Shown here: positions 11,701 through 21,089 of the stretch, piece by piece | How positions within the stretch are numbered: position 1 is the stretch's first letter | Layout of the letters: each line of letters starts with the position of its first letter | Virus record (IMG/VR): IMGVR_UViG_3300044716_000732 | Coordinates: 1 to 64,000 of that record | Direction: 5' to 3' (one strand) | Source: a virus | DNA: 64,000 bases | Notes under the pieces: model-generated | What the model saw: only the letters and a program-made list of their open reading frames with translations | Database searches by the model: none | What the model was told of the DNA's origin: nothing | Position numbers and translations under genes: made by a program

Positions 11701-14696
11701 CGGTTGATATTGGGTTGAGATCTTATAATAACAATTTATTGGAAACCTTAGCATCTGATCCAACCAGATATTATAATTTGGAAGGTTATCTAAAAGAAGG
11801 AAACGGAGATGTATTAACATTTGCAAATATATTGGCATCCAACATTAATGGGTGTGCATCGGTTGTTCCGAGTTGGAAAAAAGCTGTTAAAAATTCATCT
11901 GGAATATGGACAGCATTAAATGAAAAGTCAGATATGGTCATGAGACCGGGTGATTTTTTGGTTTATGTCCATGCAGCAGAAGTTAACTATATAAGCGAAG
12001 ATTCCAATTCCAGTTTTTCACAAGCTGGTTTATCATTTACATTCAATTCAAAATTAAACGGATGGGATTATGATTTAAAAAAATTTGATCCTAAATTTAT
12101 AGGTGAAATATATGGCGGTAAACCATTTTGGGGTGTATCTGACACATTACCCACATTAGAAAAAAGATTTGAAAAGGAAAGCAATCATTTTTCTGGACAA
12201 TTGAGATTTTTTAATGATTATGTTCCTATAAGACAACCAGAAGTATCAAATATTATTATTGAAAATGGTAGTTTTATTCAATATTTTAGAAGAAAAAATA
12301 CATCATTTGATTGGATTCAACCAATAACCTTATCAACTACATTATCTGACTACCAATGGAATAAGATAAATTTCTATAGACACACATCAAATTTAAGTGA
12401 AATATTAAAAAATGGTGACTTTGATTTCTATGGAGAAAGTAGCGATGAAGTAAGTGATATGTTGTTAGAGAGTTATTCTGATTTCAGAATATCACGATAC
12501 AACTATTTTGCCAGAAATGCTTTCACATATACTCAAGAACTATTTAACAAAGATAGATGTGAAAATACATTTGTAGTATTCAATACCGGATCTATTTTAA
12601 CTCCATCTGAACCTTATTGTAATTTATTAAATACACACTTCCCAACAATTGCTACTGTTTCTATTCCAAAATTAATGGTATCCGAAAAATACTTTGGTGG
12701 TTATTTGACTCCTTTGAATCTAGGTGTTCCTTATTATAGAGGAAAGGGATATTCAATTGAAATAGATAAAGATCAAATTACGGTATATGATTCAACCAGT
12801 GCAGAAAGAACCTTTTTCGATCCAAATAAATATGCAAATAGAAATAGAGGATTATCAAAAAATGATCAAATTTCTCCTGCTGTAGTAAAATATGTGGATA
12901 ATAGATGGATGGTGGATTCTTTTAATTCTGGTAGCAGAATGGGAATGCACATAAACACATTAGAAAATCAAAAGTTTACTCCTTATCAATCTTCTTATGA
13001 GATAATAGGAAAAAATAGTCATGGTGTAACAAGGCAGGATGATCCGATAGAATTTTGGAATAACACTTTACCTGCCATATGGAACGATGAAAAGAATTAT
13101 CCTTTAACATTCCGAAAAGAATTGATGGCACAAACCTATGAATTAAGAAAAACTGGGTTATTGGTTGATAGAGGTATTATGACCAACTGGAGAACCGATA
13201 TATTTGGAAATGAATATGGTATATTTAAAACTCCAACAACAACACCAACCAGTACTCCAATAACACCAACCAGTACTCCTACAAGTACACCAACTTCAAC
13301 ACCAACTTCAACACCAACCAGTACTCCTACATCAACTCCAACCAGTACTCCTACATCAACTCCAACCAGTACTCCTACAAGTACACCAACCAGCACTCCA
13401 ACCGATACTCCAACCAGCACTCCTACATCAACACCAACATCCACACCCACAGAAACTCCGAGTGATTGTTTCAATGGAGTAGAATGGGTTCCAATTGTTT
13501 GGGAAGAATGGCAACCTGATCCAAGTACGGTATGTGAAGGTGAATTTGAACAATATAGATATAATAACTGTGGAGAATATGAAACTAGACTTTCATATGG
13601 AACAAAACCTACAGTATGGGGTGACTGGCAACCGGATCCAAGTACTGTATGTTTAGGTTACTATTTTGATAAATATAGAATTAATAATTGTGGAGATTAT
13701 CAATTCGATTGGGGTATCGGTACTGGTCCTATAATATGGGGAGATTGGGAACCAAATCCAAGTACAATATGTGCAGGAACAGCTTTTGATCAATATAGAA
13801 GTAACAACTGTGGTGATTATGAGTCCCAACCTTCTACTGGTACAGGTGTTATAACATGGGGAGATTGGTATCCCGATACTAATCCAAGCAATGTTTGTTA
13901 TGATCAAACATTTACACAAGATAGATATGATAGCGTCTGTGGAAATACAGATCAAAGAACCGTAAATGGTACAGCACAACCAGTTTGGGGAAATTGGACA
14001 CCAGATCCAAGTACAATTGATATCGGTGTAACATTCACACAAACTAGATATGATAGTAGTGTATGTGGAAAGGTTGAAACTCAACAAGCAGTTGGAACAA
14101 GAATGCCATGTATCGCAAGTAATACAACAAATATGGGCGATGTGGTAGTACCAATAACATATCAAGACTATTTAAATTATTGTGCTAGAATAGATTCCGG
14201 TGGATTTAATTTATACTTGGGAGCAACCGGAGATGAATATTCTTCCGATGGTAATACGGGATGGCTAAGATGGTCGATTAGTATTTCTGGTTCAATCGCA
14301 GCTGGAGGAATTAGTAGCAATAGATGTAGTATATACATAAGTGGAACTGTCAATGGAACCTTATCAAAAACCGGAAATCCACCACCAACACCAAATCCTA
14401 CTATTGAGCCAGCATCATCGTATGGAAATGTTACTATAAATTTCCGTTATGTTGGAACTCAAATGTATATGGGAATAAGTGTAAATTATGGAAATGATAT
14501 AACATCGAATCCTAATTATTTACCAGGTGGGCCGTATTATCAAAATCGTACGGAATTCGGAGGCGGTACGGCTACCGTGTTAGGTTACAACATACCGGTA
14601 ATTAGTTTGTGGTGTCCTGGCTTTTCAAGGGAATGTAGCCAATATGCGCCTCCGGTATATCAAAATACAAGAACAAATTCCTTAATAGTAAGTTGA
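8706..14696 (+). CDS. large virion structural protein with VWA domain, PTST linker and Cys/Trp repeats
   Basis: 1996-aa ORF; VWA MIDAS-like VVLDVSKS...LLIISDG; (PTST)n; repeats WGDWxPDPSTxC. Confidence 0.85.
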   Translation: MSSDKQNPYSYKIWFSLQENNLTDDPQKLYMDYLKEWYLTNNKKLIDPKQKIKDEYIQLIKDLSFLFNKDEKDKFLQSIDYNNKEELIYNIPLFAKKLKEIAKVLNAKRTSIKNSKLKYSLIGSNDGVETLFYEYLLRSFTTSENSITQIPTTSLKYEFPSLSAVKGDFFIEIEELYDTNNYLDSDPEINVSEYLNVDDILNEYPFEDLTENDIVGILNSRFVPRATDNTLSKIYQAYLTSLTGDITTDAEKTKLLNYQINASEKYMGETLYGLTAIRLKDLNQPDYVLQTGFSQGNNWFIWPSGSKVIDDTLGDNYLTPILLTNSNLVSSGATGGSSYKDSDLIFTDKNGTVEGAWLRGPRTYSQKVSTSINILPNNIREFIYPYVGYNLTTKGLNWIGYSLVDHDYRNYDLLTNEQKLNLMKRYYTETLPLSTSNSFYLNQSTLVDNGSEAGDNTLNADAIIKRKHRNVIDQVANFSVGDDTEAAFLYKLQKTDIPISLGINNIYWPLKTFESSENLPLTIKSDHSIPVPLANLKVSEVMSGAIAGLTFETSDVIYKLSNRFSDPIEAAWLGSGSITNLESNNDKSIKIYDEDAVFCSKYINGPTQASLNLKIGSAEKVSFIWCDIDTPADEVFKNFEHAPNCEYGKQSHDYYSDQNYLNPEQLNQTNHWKKCSCKAVNYSPIGHIGDSPLDYNTNCDLLFADPEGLKDNFTLLTWKDTRELNYKNSPQFAHFKIDGDEDNPIGWGKGTWKTGRGKKDSFGKEEQFILKTGRRYTYFRTSLRKDETSSFEETQTSPYYIVKYAYKELRGFCDSNNSTNGSNTNNCFDMFVVLDVSKSQKLSIEDSKNLVINISKVLLENSNNSIQIGVVAFNKETSMLSYLTNSHGGLEFYVKNVQFEEDFPTHRTDILNAIKVAEDYLYNEFPENATSNFDYTDLCSKLSTLILDDTAKSKTLNLPRPSCAKKLLIISDGEENESKNQVIDYAKTLKTQKNVEIYTVDIGLRSYNNNLLETLASDPTRYYNLEGYLKEGNGDVLTFANILASNINGCASVVPSWKKAVKNSSGIWTALNEKSDMVMRPGDFLVYVHAAEVNYISEDSNSSFSQAGLSFTFNSKLNGWDYDLKKFDPKFIGEIYGGKPFWGVSDTLPTLEKRFEKESNHFSGQLRFFNDYVPIRQPEVSNIIIENGSFIQYFRRKNTSFDWIQPITLSTTLSDYQWNKINFYRHTSNLSEILKNGDFDFYGESSDEVSDMLLESYSDFRISRYNYFARNAFTYTQELFNKDRCENTFVVFNTGSILTPSEPYCNLLNTHFPTIATVSIPKLMVSEKYFGGYLTPLNLGVPYYRGKGYSIEIDKDQITVYDSTSAERTFFDPNKYANRNRGLSKNDQISPAVVKYVDNRWMVDSFNSGSRMGMHINTLENQKFTPYQSSYEIIGKNSHGVTRQDDPIEFWNNTLPAIWNDEKNYPLTFRKELMAQTYELRKTGLLVDRGIMTNWRTDIFGNEYGIFKTPTTTPTSTPITPTSTPTSTPTSTPTSTPTSTPTSTPTSTPTSTPTSTPTSTPTSTPTDTPTSTPTSTPTSTPTETPSDCFNGVEWVPIVWEEWQPDPSTVCEGEFEQYRYNNCGEYETRLSYGTKPTVWGDWQPDPSTVCLGYYFDKYRINNCGDYQFDWGIGTGPIIWGDWEPNPSTICAGTAFDQYRSNNCGDYESQPSTGTGVITWGDWYPDTNPSNVCYDQTFTQDRYDSVCGNTDQRTVNGTAQPVWGNWTPDPSTIDIGVTFTQTRYDSSVCGKVETQQAVGTRMPCIASNTTNMGDVVVPITYQDYLNYCARIDSGGFNLYLGATGDEYSSDGNTGWLRWSISISGSIAAGGISSNRCSIYISGTVNGTLSKTGNPPPTPNPTIEPASSYGNVTINFRYVGTQMYMGISVNYGNDITSNPNYLPGGPYYQNRTEFGGGTATVLGYNIPVISLWCPGFSRECSQYAPPVYQNTRTNSLIVS

Positions 14697-14744
14697 TAAA
14701 AAAGGTTTGACTAAATTGTTAAAAATTGATAGAATTTGTTTGAA

Positions 14745-15374
14745 ATGTCTAAAAATCAAACTAAAACAAAAAAAGAAGATATAATCAAATTTTGGATTTC
14801 TAAGGTGGATGAAACAGAATTGAATTTCGATTGGGGCGATGCCGATTTAGTTTGCTGGAACTGTGGTTGTGAGAGAAAAACCCAAAGATGTCATATAGTA
14901 CCCCATTCATTAAATGGAGATGATGATCCTTCAAACTATGTTTTGCTGTGTAATATTTGTCATACCAATGCACCAAATTGTTCAAATCCTAATATTATGT
15001 GGGATTGGATAAAATCAAATAAAACAAAATTTGGAATAACAAATTGCTATTTCATAGAAAAAGGACTGGAAGAATATGAAAGAATATACGGCGGGAATAT
15101 TATAAATGATATGATTTCATCTGGTATTAATGAAAACAATATACATAAACACATAGAGGAATATAACAAAGAAACCAGATTATCCACACATTTTTCCGAT
15201 AGTCATTTCAATCCGGTTTCAACAGCAGGTTATGTGAAAGGGTTGCTAGAAGATTTAAAGGGTAAAGAAACCGAGAAAGAAACAGAAATAAATACAGAAA
15301 TTTTTAAAAAATATATAAAAGATTACGAATCAAAGACAAAAAAATGGGAAAATTTTATGAAAAAAGTTACCTAA
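14745..15374 (+). CDS. HNH endonuclease-like protein
   Basis: CWNC...RCHIVP...NYVLLCNICH; sigma70-type promoter TTGACT-17-TAGAAT just upstream. Confidence 0.75.
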   Translation: MSKNQTKTKKEDIIKFWISKVDETELNFDWGDADLVCWNCGCERKTQRCHIVPHSLNGDDDPSNYVLLCNICHTNAPNCSNPNIMWDWIKSNKTKFGITNCYFIEKGLEEYERIYGGNIINDMISSGINENNIHKHIEEYNKETRLSTHFSDSHFNPVSTAGYVKGLLEDLKGKETEKETEINTEIFKKYIKDYESKTKKWENFMKKVT

Positions 15375-15570
15375 AAAAACAAAAAAGTTGTTCAAAAAGT
15401 AAAAAAAGTTACCCAAAGTAAAGAAAAAGTATTCCATAATAGGGAAAAAATATAGTTTTCTATCTGTAAATAAGAAAAAAGAAAAAAAATAAGGGGATAA
15501 TGTTGATTTAATAGAACATGGTGTTAGAATGAAACATGGTGTGGCATTACCGCACCTATATAAAAATACC

Positions 15571-15918
15571 ATGAAAGAAATATTATCATTAAAATACAAA
15601 GATATATTCTCAATAGAAATTTGGGATAGAGAGAAAATAAAGACAAAGAATATATTCAAGAGATATGAATTAAAATTAAAGTATCCAGAAATATATAAGG
15701 TAAAGTTAGAAGATATGTGTTATAGAATATATAAGAAATCAAAGAAACAAAAGAAATATACACAGGACAAAAAATTTCTAAATGAAGTAGAATATCTATT
15801 GGCAGAAGAAGGAAGAGAGAAATACCTAGAGATTAGAAAAAATACAATGAAGAAACTAATAGAGGTAACAGACAATCATTCTCCAGATAAAGATTCCAAA
15901 GATTCCAAAGATTCATAG
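15571..15918 (+). CDS. hypothetical basic protein
   Basis: ORF; ATG downstream of the motif-2 repeat. Confidence 0.5.
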   Translation: MKEILSLKYKDIFSIEIWDREKIKTKNIFKRYELKLKYPEIYKVKLEDMCYRIYKKSKKQKKYTQDKKFLNEVEYLLAEEGREKYLEIRKNTMKKLIEVTDNHSPDKDSKDSKDS

Positions 15919-16049
15919 AAGATGCAACGAAGTCTGCCAAATGTTTATTCTAAGATTTATAGGGAGAATTTTAAAAAAATAGAATAGGGGAGGAGAATTC
16001 TTTTGGCAGACTTTTTTGGAAAACTCTTTGGTAATTTTGGTATTTTTTA

Positions 16050-16146
16050 GTTGATTTTTTCGGAAATACCTTTCGGAAAGTTTTCCGAAAACTTTCAAAA
16101 ACTAAATTTTTTGTTGATTTTTTCGGAAATACCTTTCGGAAAGTTT
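16050..16146. repeat. 34-bp direct repeat (x2) in an AT-rich non-coding region
   Basis: GTTGATTTTTTCGGAAATACCTTTCGGAAAGTTT at 16050 and 16113. Confidence 0.9.
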
Positions 16147-16512
16147 ATTACAATTAGTTGTCAACAAAAATTTTTTAAAAATTTTTAAAAATTTTCAAAA
16201 TATTTCCAAAAAATCTTCTTGACATTTTCCTAAAAATATGCCTTATATTTCGGTAAGTTCCTAATTCCCAAATGTTTCCGAAGATTCTTGGGAATCCCCC
16301 TCCCAAAAATATTTCGGAAAAATATTTCTTGACAAAATTTTTGTTGACAAGGGGAATTTTTTATGTATTGGAAAACATTTCGGCATCAAAATAATCATTG
16401 CAAAAATTTGGAAACTTGTCAAGTTCTAAAAATTTTGTATTGTCATACAAAACCCTTTTAAAAATTTGGAATATATATTGACATATGGGGGGAGATATGT
16501 AATAATAGTTTC

Positions 16513-16797
16513 ATGGTTCAGAAACACGAAATTCTTTCTGGTAAGTTACAGGAATTGCGAGAGTATTTTTCATTTGTAAAGAAAGAATATAAACAAAACG
16601 AGGTAGAATTTTTTGATATGCCTTCCACAAGTATTAAGGAACAACTGGATTCTATCATAGACGAAAGGAATCCATTTGGATTTGTTTCCTATTGTGTTGT
16701 AAAAGAGCACGGGGAAGATCCTATAGTGGAGGTTAAAACCTACTATATTCTTATTGAAGATGTATTTGATGCATCACTGCGTAATAATAGAACATAG
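16513..16797 (+). CDS. hypothetical early protein
   Basis: ORF directly after a TTGACA (16478) promoter. Confidence 0.6.
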   Translation: MVQKHEILSGKLQELREYFSFVKKEYKQNEVEFFDMPSTSIKEQLDSIIDERNPFGFVSYCVVKEHGEDPIVEVKTYYILIEDVFDASLRNNRT

Positions 16798-17003
16798 TGT
16801 GGCATTACCGCAAGTTTTAAAATACAACAAGATATAACATTTATGATAACAGCAATATGGCAAAACAATAGCCTGTGGAAAACTTCTCCAGTATGGAAGA
16901 AGCTATCTTCAGAAACGAAACAACAAATCCTTGGAACCTTCAAGGAGAAGAAGAATTTACCAAAGAATTTTGAAAAAGAAGAGAAAGGAGGTGAAGAATA
17001 ATA

Positions 17004-17216
17004 ATGTACATGGAATATAAGCTAACAACCATTACAAATGGTTTGGCAAATAGGAACTCTCCTCGTAGTGTGAAGATGCAAATCTTGGATACTATCATTA
17101 ATCCGACGAAGTATATGTTTGTGGGATTTGCAGCAAATGGATCAATTGTCCGTTTGAAGCCAAAGTATCACAATATCAGAGATAAGAAGGGTCGTTTTAC
17201 AGCAAAGAAGAAGTAA
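17004..17216 (+). CDS. small basic protein with C-terminal HNIRDKKGRF motif
   Basis: strong SD AAGGAGGTG upstream; terminator downstream. Confidence 0.7.
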   Translation: MYMEYKLTTITNGLANRNSPRSVKMQILDTIINPTKYMFVGFAANGSIVRLKPKYHNIRDKKGRFTAKKK

Positions 17217-17249
17217 TAATTTCTTTATATTTGCATTTTTTCATATTTA

Positions 17250-17286
17250 CCCGTCTTCCCAATAGGGGAGGCGGGGTTTTCTTTTC
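17250..17286 (+). terminator. intrinsic terminator
   Basis: CCCGTCTTCCC-AATA-GGGGAGGCGGG hairpin followed by a T-rich tract. Confidence 0.75.
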
Positions 17287-17554
17287 TTGATCATTTTGTA
17301 TGACAATACACCATTTGTATTGTCATACAAAACCCTTGGGGATTATTTTTGAAAATTACTTTAATTATATTAAAAATCATTAAAAAAGTAAAGAAAATTC
17401 TTTGTATTGTCATACAAAACTTGTATTGTCATACAAAACTAAATAAAAAACCATTTTTAATGTTTTGTATGACAGGAAAAATATTTAAAAAAATATATGG
17501 ACAGGGGAAAAAAGAGTTGATAGATTGGTGGCATCGAAACCAAACACCTATACA

Positions 17555-17743
17555 ATGATTAAAAAATACTACTTGGAATGCTTCGGAGAAAGAATTCCCT
17601 TGACAAGATTACAAGGAGAAACTATACAGGAGATGCTAATGAAAGACTTTGGTTGGTTGCTGAAACCAATCATGGAACAAACCAACGGCTTTCAAAAAGC
17701 CCTTGACAAACTAAACTGGAAAGTAATAGAAACTACCAAATGA
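17555..17743 (+). CDS. hypothetical early protein
   Basis: ORF after the TGGACA-17-TAGATT promoter. Confidence 0.6.
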   Translation: MIKKYYLECFGERIPLTRLQGETIQEMLMKDFGWLLKPIMEQTNGFQKALDKLNWKVIETTK

Positions 17744-18030
17744 AAAAAACACCAACACCCGATACAGAACAAACTCTGTTCTATACAGCAATCAATGCCC
17801 TGCGAATTGCAGGACAGGAGAAACTCGCCGATGACTTGGATCAGCGCATGGAGAACCTAATCAAGACTCCCAAGGTTGCCATCTTTGTTGATGGTGGAAT
17901 TGTCCAAGGAGTTCGTTCTAATATAGGACAAGAATTGGATGTAGAGATTGTGGATGCGGACAACGATCAAGATGGAGCGGATTGTCGTTGGGAAGATTTG
18001 GAAAATGAACTTGAATTTGGAAACTACTAA
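17740..18030 (+). CDS. hypothetical protein (VxIxVxGGxV family), paralog of 26480
   Basis: KVAIFVDGGIVQGV...LDVEIVDAD. Confidence 0.7.
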   Translation: MKKTPTPDTEQTLFYTAINALRIAGQEKLADDLDQRMENLIKTPKVAIFVDGGIVQGVRSNIGQELDVEIVDADNDQDGADCRWEDLENELEFGNY

Positions 18031-18076
18031 TATGGGAGACTCTCATCAAAACTGGATAGAAACAAAACCAAACCAA

Positions 18077-18280
18077 ATGAAAATCAAACAAGCAATCAAA
18101 GAACTACAAGGACTCGAAAAACAAGGAGTGAAGAATATCATCCTTGCCTTTTGGGAAGCCAAAGATTTTGATAGAGACGAGGACAAATCTTGGGTTGAGG
18201 ATGTGGAGATATTAGACGATAGTTTCGACTGGTCTTCCACACATGATGACTTGAACAACTTTATGGAAAGTTTGAAATAA
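18077..18280 (+). CDS. hypothetical acidic protein
   Basis: ORF with AAACCAAA leader. Confidence 0.6.
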   Translation: MKIKQAIKELQGLEKQGVKNIILAFWEAKDFDRDEDKSWVEDVEILDDSFDWSSTHDDLNNFMESLK

Positions 18281-18621
18281 TAAACCAAATGGAAAATAAT
18301 ACACTTGCAGAACTCGTAGGATTGCTATCACAGGCAATCGACATCATTCGCAATCATGGAGCAGAAGATGATGCGAACTATATTGAAACCCAAATGGAAA
18401 ATACAATCCGATACTACAAATTAGAAAAAGAACAGAATAGTTAAAATGAAATACAAACTTATTGACATAGAGGACGAATCCTCTAACGAATGGAGTGAAC
18501 CTGTCACCAAGGAAGAAGCCTTGGTGTATATTCAAGAATGGAACGAAGAGATGGGAACAAACTATAACTCTATTACGGAGTTCAACGAAAAAGAACAATA
18601 CTGGAAATGGGAGGAAGCAAA

Positions 18622-19071
18622 ATGAAATTTTACGGAGACAAAGGACACAACCCTAAAGTTGTAGAAAGATTCAATCGAATTGCAAAACATTTCGATGTAA
18701 CCGAACTTCCAGAACTTTTAGAGTCTTGGATGGACAATGGAGACATGGAATCCTTTATAGATATGTTGACAGAAAGATTCTATTCCAATTTCAATGAGTA
18801 TGTGATTGAATACAACATTCGTTCTCTCTGTGGAACGAAAGCATATTCAGCAGTCATCATCGACAAAAAAGAATTTGGATCAGATTTTGAGGATATGCTT
18901 TCCTACACAACCCATGAGGTGAAAGAAGATGGTTCTGTTTATTATCTGGAACAGGACTTGGAAGGAAGACGAGCAGATAAAGGCAACCAAGGCGTAATCT
19001 ATGATCGGGCATGGGTTCGATCACCAAAGGAAGGAAAAGAATTTCTTCGATACCTCGAAAGCAACCTCTAA
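18622..19071 (+). CDS. hypothetical protein
   Basis: ORF with GGAGG upstream. Confidence 0.65.
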   Translation: MKFYGDKGHNPKVVERFNRIAKHFDVTELPELLESWMDNGDMESFIDMLTERFYSNFNEYVIEYNIRSLCGTKAYSAVIIDKKEFGSDFEDMLSYTTHEVKEDGSVYYLEQDLEGRRADKGNQGVIYDRAWVRSPKEGKEFLRYLESNL

Positions 19072-19085
19072 ACACATTACAACAC

Positions 19086-19262
19086 ATGACATCACCATCA
19101 GAAAAACACATAGAACAAGAACACGAAATTATCAAGTATGCCCTCACTTTTCTCTTGTCAAACTTGGAGGATGAGGTTATAGAAGATATGTCAGAATACA
19201 TTGGGACAAGTGATCCCGATGAAGTAGAGAAACTAATAACAGACATAGTTGAAAATTACTGA
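19086..19262 (+). CDS. hypothetical acidic protein
   Basis: ORF in operon. Confidence 0.55.
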   Translation: MTSPSEKHIEQEHEIIKYALTFLLSNLEDEVIEDMSEYIGTSDPDEVEKLITDIVENY

Positions 19263-19373
19263 ACGATGAAAAAAATCCTTGACATCTTTTCAAGAATAAA
19301 AGAATATCTGGACTTCATTGATGGTAAAACATCATACATAACCAAACCAAAAACCAAATAGAAAGAAAACCAA

Positions 19374-19850
19374 ATGCCAAACCATTGTAACAACCAACTC
19401 ACACTCGCAAGCGGAGAAGACCTTTTGAGTGTATTGAATCCCTACATAACATTAAAGGGAGATGACATTATCGGATGCCATGAATATCACTTCGATTTCA
19501 ACAAGATCATTCCAGAACCAAAACCAGAAGTAGAAGATTGGTATGGATGGAGAGTAGAAAATTGGGGAACAAAATGGGAAGGATATGATGGAAGATTCAA
19601 CGAAGATCAAACCGCATTATCATTCAGCACAGCATGGAGTCCTCCACTTCCCATCATAAAAAAACTTGCAGAAATTACTGGACAGACTTTCATTCTTGGA
19701 TACATTGAGGAAGGAATGTTCTTCTGTGGAAAATATACAGCAAGTCCAGAAGAAGACTATGATGAGTATTACAACGACATCAAATCCGCACCACAAGAAC
19801 TCCAAGATGAACTTGGATATGTTCCTTGGGAAGAAGTAGAATCAGTATAA
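19374..19850 (+). CDS. DUF1281/Api92(YubB)-like ferredoxin-fold protein
   Basis: MPNHCNN...WYGWRVENWGTKW...FSTAWSPP signature. Confidence 0.8.
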   Translation: MPNHCNNQLTLASGEDLLSVLNPYITLKGDDIIGCHEYHFDFNKIIPEPKPEVEDWYGWRVENWGTKWEGYDGRFNEDQTALSFSTAWSPPLPIIKKLAEITGQTFILGYIEEGMFFCGKYTASPEEDYDEYYNDIKSAPQELQDELGYVPWEEVESV

Positions 19851-19877
19851 ACAATAAACCAAATAGAAAGAAATAGT

Positions 19878-20399
19878 ATGGGATACACACACTACTGGAC
19901 ATATAATCCAAACAATATGTTGGACACCGAAAAACTTCGTAGGAGATTTCGGGTTGCGGTGGATATAATTGAAAAGGCATACAAGAAGGTTAGGAAGAAC
20001 AGATTCATTCACGAAGGACAAGCAGGAGGATTCTATAAAGGTGTTCCTTGCATCATTCGTGGTGGACTTGGAGAAGGATCACCCATGATAAACGAATCAG
20101 AAGTATGGTTCAATGGTGATGCAAAGACAGGAACGGATCACGAGACATTTGGAATCAGATGGTTTCCTTCTGGTGGAGAAGTAAAAGGATTCTGCAAGAC
20201 GGCAAGGAAACCATACGACATTTTGGTTTGTGTTTCTCTCCTTGCATTCAAACACGCATTTAATGATTCAGATGTATTTTCTTTTTCTTCTGATGGAGAC
20301 AATGCAGATTGGGAAGATGCAAGAAACTTATACATGGACATCACATTTTCACACATTGACAAAATCTTTCCAGAAGAAGCAAACTTGGAGGTAGCATAA
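19878..20399 (+). CDS. conserved phage protein (MGYTHYW...FCKTARKPYD family)
   Basis: recognisable family motifs. Confidence 0.75.
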   Translation: MGYTHYWTYNPNNMLDTEKLRRRFRVAVDIIEKAYKKVRKNRFIHEGQAGGFYKGVPCIIRGGLGEGSPMINESEVWFNGDAKTGTDHETFGIRWFPSGGEVKGFCKTARKPYDILVCVSLLAFKHAFNDSDVFSFSSDGDNADWEDARNLYMDITFSHIDKIFPEEANLEVA

Positions 20400-20404
20400 T
20401 CAAA

Positions 20405-20701
20405 ATGAAAACAATCACACTCAAAGAAGCATACCAAATCTTGGAAGATGCAAATGCAGTAATCATTGACAATGATGTTGTGTTGTATCCATCACTATGG
20501 GAATTGAGAGACGATGAAACAAACGAGTTCCTTTATTTCCGTTGGGATGATGGTGGACTTGAATACACTCTCACATTCAAGGAAGGAGACAACCAAGAAG
20601 TAAAGGTTGTGGGTTCTTCAATGTTCCTGCACGATACTGATTCAGAAGGAGAAGACGATCACATTCAAATCACAATCTTGACAACAAAAGAATTAGAATA
20701 A
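20405..20701 (+). CDS. hypothetical protein
   Basis: ORF in operon. Confidence 0.65.
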   Translation: MKTITLKEAYQILEDANAVIIDNDVVLYPSLWELRDDETNEFLYFRWDDGGLEYTLTFKEGDNQEVKVVGSSMFLHDTDSEGEDDHIQITILTTKELE

Positions 20702-20702
20702 T

Positions 20703-20903
20703 ATGGACATATACACAATCAGCAATGACATCAAAGGTTCCCGACGACCATTCTTTCGAGATGAATTTGAAGAATGGATTGAGCAAGCCTGTGAAAAAAG
20801 AACAAGCAGTGAATTTTTTCAAAGCAGGTATGAACAATGGCAAGAAGAAGAATTTCAAAAATTAGATGAAGAAGGTATTGACAAAACAAGCATGGAATGG
20901 TAA
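20703..20903 (+). CDS. hypothetical protein
   Basis: ORF in operon. Confidence 0.55.
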   Translation: MDIYTISNDIKGSRRPFFRDEFEEWIEQACEKRTSSEFFQSRYEQWQEEEFQKLDEEGIDKTSMEW

Positions 20904-20906
20904 GGT
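20878..20906 (+). promoter_or_regulatory. sigma70-type promoter of the tRNA operon
   Basis: TTGACA-17bp-TAAGGT with extended TG. Confidence 0.65.
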
Positions 20907-20928
20907 AGAAGTATAGTAAGTAATGGAA

Positions 20929-20958
20929 GGTTCCCGATGATCCAGATAAAAAAATCGG
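20929..20958 (+). ncRNA. H-type pseudoknot leader element, copy 1
   Basis: GGTTC CCGAT GATCC ... ATCGG; recurs at 21747 and 53589. Confidence 0.6.
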
Positions 20959-21007
20959 AAATAGATATTTGAAATTTTAGATTGCGGGTTAGATAAATAG
21001 TTTATAT

Positions 21008-21089
21008 TGCAGAGTGTGAGAAGTGGTATCTCAGTGCGCTCATAACGCACCGCCCTTGCGCCTCGAAGGTTCGATTCCTTCCTCTGCTA
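21008..21089 (+). tRNA. tRNA-Met(CAT), atypical: 1:72 mismatch, 14-nt variable region, no CCA
   Basis: GCAGAG/CTCTGC acceptor, GTGCG-CTCATAA-CGCAC, GAAGG-TTCGATT-CCTTC. Confidence 0.8.
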
